64,000 bases of DNA, taken from positions 52,800 to 116,799 of the forward strand of contig CANGNA010000001.1 of the NCBI GenBank assembly GCA_947455215.1. Reading direction: 5' to 3'. A program made the position numbers and the translations under genes. The stretch is from Chitinophagaceae bacterium (GTDB lineage: Bacteria > Bacteroidota > Bacteroidia > Chitinophagales > Chitinophagaceae). The notes below the pieces were generated by a model. It was not told the origin of the DNA, did no database searches, and saw only the letters and a list, made by a program, of their open reading frames with translations. Positions 30,636-40,511 of this stretch are shown one piece after another (position 1 is the stretch's first letter; the number at the start of each line of letters is the position of its first letter).

Positions 30636-31004
30636 TTATTGTTTAACCAAATTTTTTCTCGCAGTGTTTATTATGGAGCCAACTACTTTGTTGACCTCTT
30701 CCAGCTTTTTTATCAGTACTGAGCAATCGGGGTATGTTTCACTGTAATCGCAAATCCATAACCAGTATTGCGTTTCTTCAGCTTCCTTACCTGCTATCCT
30801 CATTTTATGAAGGAAGTCGGCCTTGCTTTCTGCATTCTGAGCTTCCATTGCATTTGCACCTATCGAAGTTCCGGAACGTAATAGCTGCCTTGCTACAATA
30901 AACTTTTTATTTGCTTCCAGCACCTCGCAATATTCAATGATCATCAGAGAAAAGTCGAAAGATATTTTAAGAACAGGATTCTTATCGAACACTTCTTTTC
31001 TCAT
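30636..31004 (-). CDS. Four-helix-bundle protein (TIGR02436 / 23S rRNA IVS protein / Avd-like family)
   Basis: QLLRSGTSIGAN..EAQ.AESKADF.HK..IA.KEA.ET.YWL signature. Confidence 0.93.
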   Translation of the reverse strand: MRKEVFDKNPVLKISFDFSLMIIEYCEVLEANKKFIVARQLLRSGTSIGANAMEAQNAESKADFLHKMRIAGKEAEETQYWLWICDYSETYPDCSVLIKKLEEVNKVVGSIINTARKNLVKQ

Positions 31005-31034
31005 GTTGTTTCATTGGATAGTGTAAAGATCCGG

Positions 31035-31074
31035 AATTGAGCCATTGAGCAATTCAGCCATTGAGCAATTAAGC
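31035..31074. repeat. ATTGAGCC-type octamer array, inverted relative to 30520-30557, overlapping the accB stop
   Basis: aattgagcc attgagca attcagcc attgagca attaagc. Confidence 0.9.
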
Positions 31075-31560
31075 AGGTTCAACAAGGAACAGTGGCTGAT
31101 CGTACTCAACAGGAGAAGAGTCGTCTACCAGTACCTTTACCACGCGGCCGCTCACTTCGCACTCGATCTCGTTGAAGAGCTTCATGGCTTCGATGATGCA
31201 TACTACCTGGCCTGCTTTCACTTCATCGCCTACGTTCACGAACACCGGCTTGTCAGGGCCAGGGCTGCGGTAGAAAGTACCGATCATTGGAGACTTGACA
31301 GTTACAGCTTTTGATGAGCCGGCATCAGCAGCAGGAGCAGCCGGTGCAGGAGCAGCAGCGGCAGGCGCTGCCGGTGCAGGTGCCGCCATTTGTGGCATAG
31401 CCATAGGCATGGCAGGTGCTGCAGGCATAGCATAAGTAACCTGGCCGGCAGAGAATTCCTGTTTGATGGTGATCTTGAAATCGCCGTCTTCAATGCTCAG
31501 TTCGCTGATGCTTGATTTATTGATCGTTTTTATCAGCTCCTGTATTTGCTTATATTCCAT
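31069..31560 (-). CDS. accB: Acetyl-CoA carboxylase biotin carboxyl carrier protein
   Basis: Ala/Pro linker, SPMIGTFY, EAMKLFNEIE. Confidence 0.98.
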   Translation of the reverse strand: MEYKQIQELIKTINKSSISELSIEDGDFKITIKQEFSAGQVTYAMPAAPAMPMAMPQMAAPAPAAPAAAAPAPAAPAADAGSSKAVTVKSPMIGTFYRSPGPDKPVFVNVGDEVKAGQVVCIIEAMKLFNEIECEVSGRVVKVLVDDSSPVEYDQPLFLVEPA

Positions 31561-31713
31561 GAATATTCAATTTTAGGAAAAGTAGTTATTTAATTCGGGT
31601 TGAAAATTATGTCAAAAAAAGCGAAAGACAATAATACTAATAAATTGCTACCTGATGTGAACCAAACTTCAACTTATTAACCTTATTGCCTTTCAGACTG
31701 GCTGTATACACCC

Positions 31714-31750
31714 AATTGAGCCATTAAGCTATTGAGCCATTAAGCCATTG
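31714..31750. repeat. Orphan GAGCCATT octamer array just after the efp stop
   Basis: aattgagccattaagctattgagccattaagccattg. Confidence 0.9.
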
Positions 31751-31756
31751 CAAAAA

Positions 31757-32323
31757 CTATTCTTTCACGCGTTCTACGTATGCTGCTGTTTTTGCATCTA
31801 CCTTGATCAGGTCGCCTTCGTTCACGAACAATGGCACCTGTACGGTTGCACCTGTTTCCAGCGTTGCAGCTTTCATTGCACGGGTGGCAGTATCGCCCTT
31901 CAGGCCCGGCTCAGAGTAGGTAACACGCAGGTTAACGCTCGATGGCAGTTCTACGCTCATTGGCATTTCTGAATCTGTATTGAAGATAACGAAGCACTCC
32001 TGGCCGTCTTTGTACAGTTCCGGATGTTCTACCATGCTTTCAGCAATGATGATCTGCTCGAAAGAGGTATTGTCCATCAGGTTGAAACCGCTATCGTCTT
32101 TGTACAGGAACTGGTAGTTGCGCTTTTCTACGCGAACGGGGAAAATGTTATCACCAGAGTTCCATGTGTGCTCTATTGTACGGGTATTATCAACACCTTT
32201 CAGTTTGGCCCACACCTTAGCTGCAGCGCGTGCAGTTTTGTTCTGGCCAAATTCTACCACTGAATAAAGATTGTTGTCAAGCTTGATGATCAAGCCTGTA
32301 CGCATGTCTGCTGTTGTAGCCAT
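31757..32323 (-). CDS. efp: Elongation factor P
   Basis: MATTADMRTG, EPGLKGDTAT, VQVPLFVNEGDLIKVD; TACATTTG box at 32352-32359 (-). Confidence 0.96.
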   Translation of the reverse strand: MATTADMRTGLIIKLDNNLYSVVEFGQNKTARAAAKVWAKLKGVDNTRTIEHTWNSGDNIFPVRVEKRNYQFLYKDDSGFNLMDNTSFEQIIIAESMVEHPELYKDGQECFVIFNTDSEMPMSVELPSSVNLRVTYSEPGLKGDTATRAMKAATLETGATVQVPLFVNEGDLIKVDAKTAAYVERVKE

Positions 32324-32697
32324 GAAATTATTTATTTTTTTATACGGACTGCAAATGTAAGGAATGATGTTGAAATAAAGTATATCGGGTTGAGCAGTTA
32401 TTTGTCTTTTATGCAAGGCGCAAAATCTGCGAATAATGAATTATTTAAAGACTTTTGCAACGCTGCAAAAATGATAAATAGCAATTAAACGGGTGTACTT
32501 TATTTCAACATCGTTACGCAACATAAAAAGGATAAAGAAAAATCGGAAGGCGGCGGCAGGGTGGTGTTGTGGAAAAATACATGCCTGCCTGGCGCAATAG
32601 CTTGTGCTTCCTGACGCAGATGGACCACTTTTTGACGTTTTTCTCCCTTACGGTGTAGTGGCTGCACAGTACATTTGATCCATAAAACACACAACAT

Positions 32698-33120
32698 ATG
32701 GCCATCATCAATCCGCACATCAACTTTAATGGTAACGTAGAAGAAGCATTTAATTTTTACCGCGCAGTATTCGGCGGCGAGTTCTCTAAGATCATCAGGC
32801 TGAAAGACCTGGCGAGCTCCGAATTCCCTGTGGCCGAAAAAGACGAGAACAACATATTGCACATAGCTTTGCCTATAGGCACGGGCAGTGTACTGATGGG
32901 TAACGATGTGCCGGAATTTTTGGGCAAAGTAAATGAACGCGAGAACAGGAGTAAGATAACTATAACTGCAGAAAGCAAGGATGAAGCCGATAAATTATAT
33001 AATGGCCTGAGCGCAGGCGGTGAGGTGGAAATGCCCATAGCCGACAGCCCATGGGGCACTTACTTTGCCATGTTCCGCGATAAGTATGGGATAGAGTGGG
33101 TGGTGGAGTATGAGGGGTAA
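32698..33120 (+). CDS. VOC/PhnB-like (glyoxalase superfamily) protein
   Basis: PHINFNGNVEEAFNFY, ILHIAL, SPWGTYFAMFRDKYGIEW; terminator at 33143-33166. Confidence 0.92.
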   Translation: MAIINPHINFNGNVEEAFNFYRAVFGGEFSKIIRLKDLASSEFPVAEKDENNILHIALPIGTGSVLMGNDVPEFLGKVNERENRSKITITAESKDEADKLYNGLSAGGEVEMPIADSPWGTYFAMFRDKYGIEWVVEYEG

Positions 33121-33245
33121 ATGATATTGAAATTTCTAGCAAAGGCCGCTATTTGGCGGCTTTTGTTGTTTTTGTAGGTTCGACGCTTTTTGAGGAGGGA
33201 AATGTTTGGTAATTTTAAAAGTAATATCGAACTATTAACTACAAT

Positions 33246-33827
33246 ATGGAATTTCAGCATGATGAGTCGTGGGAGGCTATGGCTTCAATTCTCGAGTCAA
33301 AGATCGCAATAAGGGATGCATGGAATAAGTTCATAGATTTTCATGAAAAACAGGCTGCTAAGCCCTACTGGTTGCAATTGCGGAGAATGGATATAGAAGC
33401 AGAACAATCTGATATAGTAGAATGGCTTCGACATCTGTTGACTAATTATCCTCTACCTGAATCAGTCATAGCCTTGTGGATCGGCATTTTTAGAACAGCC
33501 GAAGGAGCAATTCCAACTATTTATCTTTCGGGTGCTGAAGACTATAGTGCAGGGGATAGTGAATGGGCGTGTGACCCTCTTTACGCTCCTAATGGAAGTT
33601 ACGCACAGCCCAAGGTGCTTCGAGATATGGATGCTATTTTTAGAACAGACCAGGAGAATTACGTTTTTTTTGATTGGATATTTCCTCTTGCCTATTGTGC
33701 ATTTACATTCGATGACGTTTTCAGAACAAAAATTGATAAAAAATTTCTACTGAAAAGCAAGTCTGAAATGTTTGTTACTGTAGGGCATGATAGTGGCGAC
33801 TATATTGAGCTTTCGGCAGTAAAATGA
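33246..33827 (+). CDS. Hypothetical protein
   Basis: 193-aa AT-rich ORF, no recognised motif. Confidence 0.7.
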   Translation: MEFQHDESWEAMASILESKIAIRDAWNKFIDFHEKQAAKPYWLQLRRMDIEAEQSDIVEWLRHLLTNYPLPESVIALWIGIFRTAEGAIPTIYLSGAEDYSAGDSEWACDPLYAPNGSYAQPKVLRDMDAIFRTDQENYVFFDWIFPLAYCAFTFDDVFRTKIDKKFLLKSKSEMFVTVGHDSGDYIELSAVK

Positions 33828-33997
33828 AGTCATATGTCCAGTTGCCTATCGCCGAGTCCCTGCCTGCGCACATAGCTTGGCTGGTAGAGATGCGGTGAGG
33901 GCGGGAATGTTTGTTACCGGATTCTGTGATTATACTAGTTTGTACTCACTTTTATCTCCCCAAAAGGAAAGGCTAATGCTTAACATAATTAATTTAT

Positions 33998-35071
33998 ATG
34001 GTATTCTTTGATGAAGCTGGAAATACTGGCGATAATTTATTAGATGCGGACCAACCTGTGTTTACATTAGCCTCTCATGATTTTGATTTAGAGGAAACAC
34101 ATCAATTATTAGACCCGTTATATTCCATTGTCAACTCCCGAGAATTACATTTTAAAAGTTTATCTAAGCGCCCTAGATATCAGAAAGAAATAATAAATCT
34201 TCTGAATAATAAAGCATTAAGTGGAGAAAGAGTATTCAAATTTACGGTACACAAAGAATATGCGATAATTGCGCATATTGTAGATCGGCTTATAGAGTAT
34301 GTAATGTATCTCAACGGCATTGATTTATATAAAGAAGGTCAAAATCTTGCAATGGCTAATATGATTTACGTTTTGTATAAAAGCGTATGGAAATCACATT
34401 TCACTTTGATATGCAACCTTTTTGTTAATTGGGTTCGAAATAAAACCGCCGAATCATGTGAAGCATTTTATAATGCAGTTTCTATTTTTTTTGATAAAAT
34501 GCAAAGAGAAAATATTTTAGGCGAGGAGTTTATCGGCTTTATTAAAATGAGTTACAAATACTGGAAAGAAATACAACAAGGCTTTGATCAAACATACACG
34601 CTGGATTCAACTTTATCTACTTTTAGAGCAAGCTGCATTTTCTGGAGCAAAAAATATACAAACCCAACAATCGTCATTGACGAGTCAAAGCCAATTGCTC
34701 ACTTCAAACCTATTATTGATATGCTAAAATCTTCGGATGAACAAATTGTTGGGTATGGAAACAGAAAATACCAGTTCAAGCTAAAAATAGGCGATGTAGT
34801 ACAAGCCAGTAGTGATGAATATTCTCAAATACAGCTATCAGATATATTAGCATCTGCATTTAATTTTTGTGCTAAAAATTTGACATTAGGAGACGAACTA
34901 TCCGGCTTTGCTCGAGAGATTTTTAATTCATTTTCATTTCAAAATGTGTCAGGAGATAATATCTGGCCAACAACTAAGGTTACGGCAGAAAATATAGGCA
35001 TGAAAGGTGCAACGACTGGAAGAAATCCATTAGACCATTTTGCAAACGAGATGATCAAAACCAAGTTATAG
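33998..35071 (+). CDS. DUF3800-family protein
   Basis: N-terminal FDEAGNTG and late IQLSDILA motifs; AT-rich. Confidence 0.8.
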   Translation: MVFFDEAGNTGDNLLDADQPVFTLASHDFDLEETHQLLDPLYSIVNSRELHFKSLSKRPRYQKEIINLLNNKALSGERVFKFTVHKEYAIIAHIVDRLIEYVMYLNGIDLYKEGQNLAMANMIYVLYKSVWKSHFTLICNLFVNWVRNKTAESCEAFYNAVSIFFDKMQRENILGEEFIGFIKMSYKYWKEIQQGFDQTYTLDSTLSTFRASCIFWSKKYTNPTIVIDESKPIAHFKPIIDMLKSSDEQIVGYGNRKYQFKLKIGDVVQASSDEYSQIQLSDILASAFNFCAKNLTLGDELSGFAREIFNSFSFQNVSGDNIWPTTKVTAENIGMKGATTGRNPLDHFANEMIKTKL

Positions 35072-35160
35072 CAGAAAATAAGCAGGTACTAGCAGTCTTG
35101 AAGGGTCTATAATAATAGCATCCAATCAATAATTAACGATAATAATATAATTATGGCCCA

Positions 35161-35577
35161 TCACCCCCGCTGCTCCTTAACCCTGTTCAATATCCCGGTT
35201 ATCATGTTGGCATGTATCGGCTTAATGATGTAGTCGTGGATCTCTTTGTCGGATTTGGCTTTGGCGATGTCGTCGTTGGAGATAGATGAGCTGGCCACGT
35301 AGATGATGGTGCTCATGTCCTTATCTGCTTTCAGCAGTTTGTATTCCTCCATAAATTCCCAGCCGTCCATTATCGACATATTGATGTCGAGGAAGATCAG
35401 CTCGGGCAGCGCCTCGTTTGCTGCTACGATCGCTTTCAATGCTTCAATGGCCGCCTGGCCATTGTTGTAGGTTGATATCTGCTTACTTGCCTCCAGTTTA
35501 TTCAGCGTTTTGGTGAGCAGCAGTGTATACAGTTTGTCGTCGTCAACTATCCAGATATGATTCAGTGGTGTACTCAT
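35161..35577 (-). CDS. Single-domain response regulator
   Basis: IVDDD, LIFLDINMSIMDGWEF, YIIKP. Confidence 0.92.
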   Translation of the reverse strand: MSTPLNHIWIVDDDKLYTLLLTKTLNKLEASKQISTYNNGQAAIEALKAIVAANEALPELIFLDINMSIMDGWEFMEEYKLLKADKDMSTIIYVASSSISNDDIAKAKSDKEIHDYIIKPIHANMITGILNRVKEQRG

Positions 35578-37841
35578 TTAAAGAATATTTTGAATGTTGT
35601 TCCTTCTCCTAATTTACTTTCTACTTCTATTTTTCCGCCCATATATTCTACCTGGTTCTTGCATATAAATAATCCAAGGCCGCGGGCGTCGCTATTGCCA
35701 TTGAACGTTTTATAGAAGCCAAATAGTTTATCTCCGTTCTTTTCCAGGTCTATACCTATACCATTATCTGCAATAGTAAGGACAAATTGGCCATTATCCA
35801 TATAGGAGTCCAGGGTAATTATCGGCCGGCGTTCGGGGTGGCTGTATTTTATGGTATTGGACAGGAAATTGAGCATAATGCTTTCCAGGAATGCCGGGTT
35901 GAAGTTGACCGTGGCATCTATCATCAGCTTATTCTCTATGATTACCTGCTTCTGTATGATCTGTTCTTTGAGCAGATCGGTGGCCTTACTGATGAACTCG
36001 ATAAGGAACAGCGGGGTGAATACCAGGTTCACGCTATTGTTGATAGACACCACATCGTTGAGGTTGTGGATGGTCTCATCGAGGTTGTTGGACACCGTTT
36101 TCAGGTATTCCATCATCTCCTTCTGTTCATCGGGCGTTTCGGCCTCTTCCAGGAAGGATACGATAGATTTGATATTGCTGGTATGCGACCGCAGGTTGTG
36201 GGATGTGATATAAGAGAAGTTGAGCAGCCGCTTGTTCTGCTCGTTCAACAGGTTGAAGGACCGCTCCAGTTCCAGGGCGCTCTTTTTCCGATCTGTTATA
36301 TTCTCAATCTCCATAATTATACCCAGCGCCTGGTCCTGCTCGCCATATACGGGGTGGAAGATGATGTTGTACCATTTGCCGTTTTTGCCATCGTCGGATA
36401 CGAAACGCTCATATTCCACCTTATCGCCCCGCAATACCTTGTCTCTTATTTGTTTCAGCGATCTTCCGCGTTCATCGTTGAAGCCCCTTACCAGCAGGTC
36501 GTTCTCTTTTAAGAGCTTTTGACGTTTGCTGACGATATAATCCTGCGCAGGCTTATTAAAAGAAATGATGCGGAGGTCGTCGGTAAGCAGTACATAGCCT
36601 ATCTCTGTGTTGTCGAATACGGTTTTCAGATTGGCCTCAGACTGTTCTACCAATACCCGTGAGGCCACCTGCTCCGATATGTCTTTGGCTATCACGTAAA
36701 TGGCCACTACCGCTCCATTGACGGTGATAGGCATATTGGTGAGATGTACCTCGCGGCGATGGCCGGCTGCGGTGATGAAGCCACAATCGTAGCTGACGGA
36801 GCGGCCAAGTTTGGCTTGCAGAAAATGTTTGAGTGCGGTGTTCCTGTCCTCCGGGAGGAAGAAACGGGTGAAATGCTGGCCGGTGAGGTGCGTTATATCT
36901 GTATCGGCCAATACGGCCATTTGTTTATTGGCACTGGATATTTTTTCGTCCAGGTCGAGGGCGAAAACAGCATCGGGGTTGTTCTCGAAAAGCGACCTGT
37001 AGTATTGCTGGCTCAGCGACAGTTCTTCGTACACCCTTTTTGTTTCGGTAATATCCTGCATGGTGCCGAACAGCCGGTATAGCTTGCCGTTGCGAAACTC
37101 TGCCTCGCCCATGGCCTTTATCCAGATGCGGTTCTTTCTTTTAGTGATGAGCTCAAAATCGAGGTCGAACACACTGCCTTTGGCAATTGTTTCTGCAACA
37201 GCTTGCTTTATCCTTGCCTGGTCTTTCGCGCTACAAAAGTTAATGGATGATTCCAGCGTCAGCTCAAAATCCTCGGGCACCTCAAATAGTTCCCGGAGCA
37301 CGGGGCTGCACAGGTTGGTGCCGCTAACGTAGTTCATTTCCCAGGCGCCTACTTTAGATACATTCCCCATCTGTCGGCTCAGGTGTTTTAACCGCTCGGC
37401 AGTGGTGGTGTTTTTTATGGTTATGCTTACCGCTGCAACTGTGTTGCCCTGGGTAATGGGGGCATAAGCTACTTCCCACCACTGGTCGCATTCGTCGGTG
37501 TTGGTTTGTGCAGTGGTAACAATGCGTTCACCTTTCATGCAGCGGGAAAAAAGCAGTGAGAATCCGTCTGCCAGTTCCGGTTCTACATACAGCAGCGCAT
37601 CATCGCCGGGCCGGGCTGCTCTTCCAAAGCGTTCTTGCGTATATGTTTTGGCGCTGTTGCTGAGACAAACGATATGTTGCCGGCCATCCAGCATGTAAGC
37701 AATATCTTCTATTGTTTCGAAGTATGCCTGGCACAGAGCTGCAGGGGATAGTACAGATGAAATACTACCGGCGGTAGTAGCAGTACTGCCGGAGTCATGA
37801 GACAGTGGTGTGCCGTCCCGTTTTTCATGCTCGATCGTCAT
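35574..37841 (-). CDS. Multi-PAS sensor histidine kinase
   Basis: PAS/PAC repeats, ITSHNLRSH, NFLSNTIKY, DNGIG, GLGL. Confidence 0.92.
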   Translation of the reverse strand: MTIEHEKRDGTPLSHDSGSTATTAGSISSVLSPAALCQAYFETIEDIAYMLDGRQHIVCLSNSAKTYTQERFGRAARPGDDALLYVEPELADGFSLLFSRCMKGERIVTTAQTNTDECDQWWEVAYAPITQGNTVAAVSITIKNTTTAERLKHLSRQMGNVSKVGAWEMNYVSGTNLCSPVLRELFEVPEDFELTLESSINFCSAKDQARIKQAVAETIAKGSVFDLDFELITKRKNRIWIKAMGEAEFRNGKLYRLFGTMQDITETKRVYEELSLSQQYYRSLFENNPDAVFALDLDEKISSANKQMAVLADTDITHLTGQHFTRFFLPEDRNTALKHFLQAKLGRSVSYDCGFITAAGHRREVHLTNMPITVNGAVVAIYVIAKDISEQVASRVLVEQSEANLKTVFDNTEIGYVLLTDDLRIISFNKPAQDYIVSKRQKLLKENDLLVRGFNDERGRSLKQIRDKVLRGDKVEYERFVSDDGKNGKWYNIIFHPVYGEQDQALGIIMEIENITDRKKSALELERSFNLLNEQNKRLLNFSYITSHNLRSHTSNIKSIVSFLEEAETPDEQKEMMEYLKTVSNNLDETIHNLNDVVSINNSVNLVFTPLFLIEFISKATDLLKEQIIQKQVIIENKLMIDATVNFNPAFLESIMLNFLSNTIKYSHPERRPIITLDSYMDNGQFVLTIADNGIGIDLEKNGDKLFGFYKTFNGNSDARGLGLFICKNQVEYMGGKIEVESKLGEGTTFKIFFK

Positions 37842-37978
37842 AAAGGTGACCTATTGGTTAAGTTTTCTTGTTAACCGGGTGCAGTCAGGTTTCCTCAAAG
37901 CCCATCTGTAAAAAGAAGGATACCTTGGTGTAATAGCTTTAAAATTAAGGGCTTATAATGTTATCTCCAAATGTATAT

Positions 37979-39934
37979 TTATAAGTGGGTGGCCAGGTCT
38001 ATGAGCATGGCCTTGGCTTGTTCGTTGTCCGGGTGTTTTTTCAACAGGTGACGCAGGCATTTGTCGGCATCGGCATCGCGCTTATTGGTATGATACCATA
38101 CGGCCAGGTTGATGAGGTTCTGCTCGTAGTCGGGATCCAGTTGCTGGGCTTTCAGCAGATAGCTGTAGGCCATAGTGCCGTTGCCCTGCTGCATGTATAT
38201 ATAGCCCAGGTTGGTGTTGGCGCTTACATGATTGGCGTTTTGGCCTACTATGAATTGAAACACTTTTTGTGCTTCTGGCATGTTCTTAAGGCTGAGCAAA
38301 CAAACGCCGTATTTGTTCTGGAAATCGAGCGAATAAGGCCATATCTCGGTAGCTCTTTTATACCATGGCAGCGCCTTATCCGGCAGGCCTGTACGATAGT
38401 AAGCATCGGCAGAGCGGTAGGCGGTCCAGGCGTCTTTTATATCTGCAGGTTTCAGTTTTTCGGCATACTCCACCACTTTGTTCAGGTTGTTGAGCAGGGA
38501 ATGGGCGCGGATATAGTCGCGGTTTTGTTTTTGTGTTGCCTCCTGTCCTGCCGACCTGTCCAGGTAAAGCAATGCTGAATCCAGCAGTCCTTTAGAAGGG
38601 GCGTAGCGCTCGTAGAACTCCATAAAGCTGCGGGCGGTAGTTATGGCATCGGGGTGGTCGTTATTAAAGCACTTCATACCCAGGAAAGCCGTGATCTGTT
38701 TTTGCAGCGTATCGGAGAGCGGGCGCTTGCGGATGTAGTGGTCGGTTACGGCCACGTGGGGTATATCTATGCTGCCGTTGTGCGGCATGTGGCAGGTAAT
38801 ACAGTCGTTATTTTTTGTGGCACGCACCTGCATGGTCTCTGAGCATTGTTTTTGCCCGGCGGCATTGCCATGGCAGCTCTGGCAGGCATTAAGGTATTGT
38901 ATGCGTGGTGTGAACTTAACACTTACGTGCGGGTTGTGGCAGTTGATACAACTCATCTTGCCGGAGGATACATAACACTGGCTCTTCTTCATGCGCTCTA
39001 CATGTGATGCCATGATCATTTTGTCCTGCGCACCTTCGTACTGCGGCATAAAGACATTCATTACCTCAGACAGCTTCATGCCGGGGTGGAAATCGTAAAA
39101 CGTCTTACCATCGTTAAGTACTGCAATACCCTGCAGGTGGCAGCGCTGGCAAACATTGTTCTGCAACTCAGTAGACAGCCTGCGCGGGTTAACTATACTG
39201 TAGTCGGGTCCTTTTGATGTGTCTACAGGCTTGCTGTTGCCCCTTTCGGCCACATGCAGGCTGCCCGGGCCGTGGCAACGCTCACAGTCTATACCGGTTT
39301 TGATGACATTGTATTTATTCTCGCTATTGGCTATAAAGTCGGGGTAGCCGTTGTGGCAACTCATACACTCCAGCTGTATCAGGCGCTGGAAGCGGGTGTT
39401 GGCCCCTTTCTCAAAGCCCGGAGCCAGGTCCCAGCGGTGCTTTTGCGTATAGAAGGTAATGGGTGCCTGGTACAGGTAGCCATTCACATCAAAAATGTGC
39501 GAGTTGGTATGCTGGCCTGAGCCCACCACATAATCTACTCGTTGTATTCTCTTATGCACAGTATCCTTGCCATCGAGCCTGAACTCCATTATGAAAAAGG
39601 AATCGCGGTCCCAGTAAGGCTTATAATAGTAGTCGAGCGCTGTGTCGTAAACCAGTGCATGTGCGGGGGAGAAGTCGGCTGCTGACTTCTCTTTTGTGGC
39701 GAATCCGAACGACTGGCCCATGCCCGTCTGGATAAAAGTTTTGTACACCTCCTCGTGGCAGGTGCGGCATGTTTGCATGCCTACATAGTGTGCAGAAGTA
39801 TCGTATACATTGCGCCACGGCGAGGTAGGGTGGTCTTCGGCCACCTCTTTGGGTGTATTGCAAAAGAATGCCGGCAGTGTGACCACCAGCAGCGCCATGC
39901 TCAAAAGAATCCTGCGTAAAATACGGGGCGACAT
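37979..39934 (-). CDS. Multiheme c-type cytochrome with C-terminal TPR repeats, probable lipoprotein
   Basis: Seven CxxCH motifs (CRTCH, CMSCH, CERCH, CQRCH, CINCH, CQSCH, CITCH). Confidence 0.88.
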   Translation of the reverse strand: MSPRILRRILLSMALLVVTLPAFFCNTPKEVAEDHPTSPWRNVYDTSAHYVGMQTCRTCHEEVYKTFIQTGMGQSFGFATKEKSAADFSPAHALVYDTALDYYYKPYWDRDSFFIMEFRLDGKDTVHKRIQRVDYVVGSGQHTNSHIFDVNGYLYQAPITFYTQKHRWDLAPGFEKGANTRFQRLIQLECMSCHNGYPDFIANSENKYNVIKTGIDCERCHGPGSLHVAERGNSKPVDTSKGPDYSIVNPRRLSTELQNNVCQRCHLQGIAVLNDGKTFYDFHPGMKLSEVMNVFMPQYEGAQDKMIMASHVERMKKSQCYVSSGKMSCINCHNPHVSVKFTPRIQYLNACQSCHGNAAGQKQCSETMQVRATKNNDCITCHMPHNGSIDIPHVAVTDHYIRKRPLSDTLQKQITAFLGMKCFNNDHPDAITTARSFMEFYERYAPSKGLLDSALLYLDRSAGQEATQKQNRDYIRAHSLLNNLNKVVEYAEKLKPADIKDAWTAYRSADAYYRTGLPDKALPWYKRATEIWPYSLDFQNKYGVCLLSLKNMPEAQKVFQFIVGQNANHVSANTNLGYIYMQQGNGTMAYSYLLKAQQLDPDYEQNLINLAVWYHTNKRDADADKCLRHLLKKHPDNEQAKAMLIDLATHL

Positions 39935-40059
39935 CAGACTTCAAATTTAAGGGTATAGCCGGAACAGCACCTAATAAAAATGTGAAAAGTGTATAGCCAC
40001 GTCTCATTTTAAAAACTGGCACGCTAATTGGATTATCCTGATCAAAAAAGGAAAAGGTT

Positions 40060-40332
40060 ATGAAAACATCGATCATCACAACGTTACTGGTAGCGGTTTT
40101 GCTAACCCTGGCCGCCGGTAATGCATCTGCACAAGGAGGTTATTACCGTTACCACCACCATCACGGGTATAACAGGGGATATTATGGACCAAGGGTAGCC
40201 GTGCGTTACTGCCCGCCGGTGCAGGTATATGCCGGCCCGGCGTATTATAATGGCCCTGCGTATTGTCCGCCACCGCCACCACCGCCGCCCAGGTATTACA
40301 GGCGCTATTACAGGCATCATCGTTGTTATTAA
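40060..40332 (+). CDS. Small secreted Tyr/His/Pro/Arg-rich low-complexity protein
   Basis: Signal peptide ending NASA; followed by a hairpin at 40340-40370. Confidence 0.75.
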   Translation: MKTSIITTLLVAVLLTLAAGNASAQGGYYRYHHHHGYNRGYYGPRVAVRYCPPVQVYAGPAYYNGPAYCPPPPPPPPRYYRRYYRHHRCY

Positions 40333-40511
40333 TAGAATAAGGAAGAGTGGTCTACAAGGCCACTCTTACTATTTACTGGCATTGTATATTAAACGGTAAC
40401 TCAGCTAATATTTTTTGGATAAAAGACCTATTATAATTATTTCTAAAAAATACTTGATATAGTTAGGATTTTAAGGACAGTTTATGCATATTTGTATACT
40501 AATCCCGGCTT

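Noticed and set aside
30636-31004. Diversity-generating retroelement (Avd-like gene)
   Set aside because: No reverse transcriptase and no TR/VR pair with adenine-specific mismatches seen in the window.
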